A model generated the notes under the pieces. The model made no database searches, had not been told where the DNA came from, and worked only from the letters and a program-made list of their open reading frames with translations. Made by a program: the position numbers and the translations under genes. A DNA stretch of 31,159 nt from Myxococcota bacterium (GTDB taxonomy: Bacteria > Myxococcota > XYA12-FULL-58-9 > JABJBS01): positions 1 through 31,159 of the forward strand of contig JAYZAY010000075.1 in NCBI GenBank assembly GCA_036339465.1, in the 5' to 3' direction. Of the stretch, positions 28,188 to 31,159 are shown one piece after another; the stretch's first letter is position 1; each line of letters starts with the position of its first letter.

Positions 28188-30230
28188 CTATCTCATCTCG
28201 GTTGTGGAGCAGTGGATGTTTCCACCGTTGACGTGATTGGTTTGATAGTCATTGATGAAATGTAGGGTGTTTCCTGAAGCGGCGAGAGTATGCCGAATAT
28301 GTTTCTCAAAAACACACGAGCCTCCGCCTTCACTGGGACCGAAGGGTTTTGGAATCACCAAGGTTGCATGGTCTGGGCTATCACTCGCCACCAGCATATT
28401 CACACTATTCGGAGTAAAGGGTTCATAGGCCATTCGCTCTTTTTGCCCCCCAAACAAGCCTCCTATGGAGACGCTATCTTTGGCAGTACGACGGCGGTAG
28501 AGCACCGGAATATCAATGATATCCTCGGCCCTTAGTCCCAATTGGTCCCGCAACATGGTTTTGACAGAATCAAGCTTGGAACGAACCTCGTCAGCTGCTT
28601 GGCTGATACCGCCCATCTCGGTGTCTAAGATGGGTCCACTTGGAACGCCCGAAGCACTCGCCCGTGTTAAGGAATCGCCCATTCGCTGATATTTTTCCCT
28701 AAAGCCGTCTTCGACTCCGACGCACATGGGCTTGTCTCTATGGGCATGCATGAGCTTCATCGCCAGATCGTGATTGGCCACTAGGGCCTTAAAACCGTGC
28801 TTTGAGCCTGGCCAAGGCACAAAGGTGAGCACTTCGTCGGTGTGCCCGGTTTGGAGCCATGAAGTATCGATTCGGACAATGGGTTGCTTCTCTTGGGCGA
28901 TTAAGAAGTCTAGGGTGGCATCTCCGATTTTTCGTGCTGGATCGTGGCCAACAATGATTGCTCCAAATGGAAAACCATCGCCCATAGGTGGCGTGCATAA
29001 AAAATTGCCACCAGACTCTAGGTCTGACTTCATGGGTGCGTGCCCAATGGATGTTAAGCGCTGTCCGCGTTTTGCACAGTGAGAATCCATAAATGCAAGC
29101 ACTTGGTCGATGCCTTGGGTCTCTCGTTCAACCGGATTTCGCAGCAGCTCCGATGGCTCAAGAACGTCGCCCCGAGTGGCTAGGGAACGACCCGAAAACG
29201 CCATGTCTCTCACCCAGGAATCTTTGACATCTCCCTCTGCTCGAATGACTCGCAGCTTACCCGGAATCGCCGCACTGAGGTCTTGCAAATACTGCTCACA
29301 GCGGCGGTCATTCACGACGCGAGGTGGATCCGGTCGTCGACCCCGAATGGGGGGAGCGCTCATGAGACTGGTTTTCTGGATGGCGAAGGCCTCACGCATG
29401 GGCATGAGGTGATGCGACATCACCCAAGATGGTGCTCGAATAAATCGCGCTTCTTCACTCACTACATTTCCGATGGAGTCCAAAATGCGCATTCTTACCG
29501 TGACCCCAGAAAAATCTTTGGTGGGATGGGGAATCCCTTCAAGTTCATGGGACCAGGTTTCAGGTCGCCGCTCGGGGGCTCCAAACATTCGAACCCTTGC
29601 TTCGCTGGTGACAAGCTTCTGCTGTCCAATATCGAGAATATTGGTTCCATGTTCGTCCCGGTGATTGGGAATCGAAAAAAACGCATCGTCCCGAATTGAC
29701 AATTGTCCCGCATCTGGGGGGTCGAGAGTGAGTTCGCACTTGTAGCCTTCTGGGAAATCGGCCTCTGGCGGGTTTCTAGATAATTTAAGCTCGATAACCT
29801 CTCTTCCGTCTTTGATATGTGATTCCAGTTCCATAGATAAGACAGGAAGGGGGCTGGTCGTAGAAAGGGACGGGGCGTACACTAGGAATTCTGAAGTGTC
29901 GCCAAGATCGGCCGGTGATGGTTTAGGCGGGTGGTATGGTTGGGATACCTCTCGCGAATCGGTGGCTGACCTCGAGCTTTGTGGGGCAATGCCTTGCGCC
30001 GCACTGGTGGCTGAAACATTCACCACCAGCGCGTGGGTATCTGGAGGGAGGCCTTGAAGGCCATCGTGCAGGTGTTTTGAAAACTGATCGAGGGCTGCAG
30101 ATGGGAGGCTTGGGTTTTGTTTGGCTAAGGTGGCGCGAACCTCGGATTTACTGGCATTGTGTTCAACTTTGCCGCGAATCTCTAAAGCATCTGAAGCCGT
30201 TTTGGCGCTGAGAAAAAATTGGACCTTCAT
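28188..30230 (-). CDS. Protein-arginine deiminase, PADI (animal/cyanobacterial)-type
   Basis: RAPSWVM, WVRD, LESGGNFLCTPP, DTSWLQTGHTDEVLTFVP, IIDIPVLY, PNSVNMLV, IPKPFGP and GNIHCSTT match PADI catalytic-domain motifs in order. Confidence 0.88.
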   Translation of the reverse strand: MKVQFFLSAKTASDALEIRGKVEHNASKSEVRATLAKQNPSLPSAALDQFSKHLHDGLQGLPPDTHALVVNVSATSAAQGIAPQSSRSATDSREVSQPYHPPKPSPADLGDTSEFLVYAPSLSTTSPLPVLSMELESHIKDGREVIELKLSRNPPEADFPEGYKCELTLDPPDAGQLSIRDDAFFSIPNHRDEHGTNILDIGQQKLVTSEARVRMFGAPERRPETWSHELEGIPHPTKDFSGVTVRMRILDSIGNVVSEEARFIRAPSWVMSHHLMPMREAFAIQKTSLMSAPPIRGRRPDPPRVVNDRRCEQYLQDLSAAIPGKLRVIRAEGDVKDSWVRDMAFSGRSLATRGDVLEPSELLRNPVERETQGIDQVLAFMDSHCAKRGQRLTSIGHAPMKSDLESGGNFLCTPPMGDGFPFGAIIVGHDPARKIGDATLDFLIAQEKQPIVRIDTSWLQTGHTDEVLTFVPWPGSKHGFKALVANHDLAMKLMHAHRDKPMCVGVEDGFREKYQRMGDSLTRASASGVPSGPILDTEMGGISQAADEVRSKLDSVKTMLRDQLGLRAEDIIDIPVLYRRRTAKDSVSIGGLFGGQKERMAYEPFTPNSVNMLVASDSPDHATLVIPKPFGPSEGGGSCVFEKHIRHTLAASGNTLHFINDYQTNHVNGGNIHCSTTEMR

Positions 30231-30630
30231 GCTCTAAAACTCCAAAAACCTGAATGAGGGCACCCAATACAATCTAACTCAACCTGAAATTGGGTTGTTT
30301 GGATGAGCGATGGAATATGCCACATCAAGTGCGATGGAAGCGGACCACCGACCCTTTGGACGTCATACAAAGCATATCAAAGCTCTCTACGGTAATTGTG
30401 GGGCAATACGCAATTTTGTAGTTCAAAGCGGTTGAATATTTCACAAAATGGGTCTCAGCGTTTGTAGGCCCGTGATTCTAACTATTTTTTGGTTTTTGGA
30501 GGTGCGGTATGTTGTGGCTACTATCACCAATGAACGCACTGATTCCACCATGCCCAAGTATTGGAACGAAACCCACACTCAATTCTGGGCTTTGCTATTG
30601 TCGGAAGTGGTGCGTATCGACGTGGTGCGT

Positions 30631-31155
30631 CTACCGTAGAGCTTTGGCGAAAAGCGCCCGAGCTTCATCAACGGCTCCTAAAGCCCTCCGATTAAACCGG
30701 CCTGCACCTATAGAACCGGTGCCTCGTTCATTCAACGATTTTTCTGAAACCCTTAGCCGCCCGTAAACTTGCTCAAGCACCTCGCGCTCTTCCACGGCAA
30801 GTAATTTACGGACATAGGCACTGCGGGTCTTAGAAGATTGATTCAAAATCTGTTTGAAAAGTACCTCCCACCGGGCCGGACCATCGAAATCCTTGGTTTT
30901 TTGTGGTTTAGGAGACCTTAAACAATGCTCGGTAAACTCAACAACTTCGGACTGGCTGCCAAAGCGGACCCCTTTTGAGCGCACTGGCGCTGGTTCAAAA
31001 CTATCTCGACTCAACGTGTCTTTGTCATCCCCACTCGAAGAAGAGGCATCGTCTAAATCTGACTCGCTTGAACCTAAACTTGTATAAACATAAGCCCCAA
31101 CTGTAGCTGCAGCTATTACTGTCATTTCAACCCAACTTTCTAATTTTAAAGTCAC
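30631..31155 (-). CDS. Hypothetical protein with N-terminal hydrophobic segment; frame is open at the window edge
   Basis: 174-aa ORF with VIAAATVGAYVY, an acidic Ser-rich linker and a helical basic C-terminus. Confidence 0.55.
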   Translation of the reverse strand: MTLKLESWVEMTVIAAATVGAYVYTSLGSSESDLDDASSSSGDDKDTLSRDSFEPAPVRSKGVRFGSQSEVVEFTEHCLRSPKPQKTKDFDGPARWEVLFKQILNQSSKTRSAYVRKLLAVEEREVLEQVYGRLRVSEKSLNERGTGSIGAGRFNRRALGAVDEARALFAKALR

Positions 31156-31159
31156 TCTA

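Noticed and set aside
22359..31159. Intact prophage or integrative element at ssrA
   Set aside because: No integrase, transposase, phage or conjugation genes visible in the window

Overview
Bacterial chromosomal window, probably from a Myxococcota/deltaproteobacterial lineage (tmRNA tag ANSDVELALAA, Cys-rich lipoproteins, cdaA-cdaR-glmM-pdxJ-nnr-tsaE gene order; this placement is inference). Bases 1-21750 hold a TonB-dependent receptor paired with a periplasmic-binding-fold lipoprotein and followed by a 4x18-bp repeat, three alpha/beta hydrolases, gloA, tRNA-Glu(TTC), tRNA-Arg(TCG), a TPR/beta-barrel protein, a sulfotransferase, an orphan Dam-like methylase, pruA and the cdaA-cdaR-glmM-pdxJ-like-nnr-tsaE operon. 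The PdxJ homologue appears to have lost its active-site motifs. After ssrA (21991-22358) the region is gene-sparse and looks accessory. It has a possible degenerate att scar, a frameshifted CsgG/HfaB remnant, a soluble two-HKD phospholipase D, a Cys-rich lipoprotein and an animal-PADI-type protein-arginine deiminase. The deiminase keeps its catalytic tetrad but appears to lack the calcium ligands, and it is the strongest candidate for something new. All family calls come from motifs recognised by eye; no searches were run.
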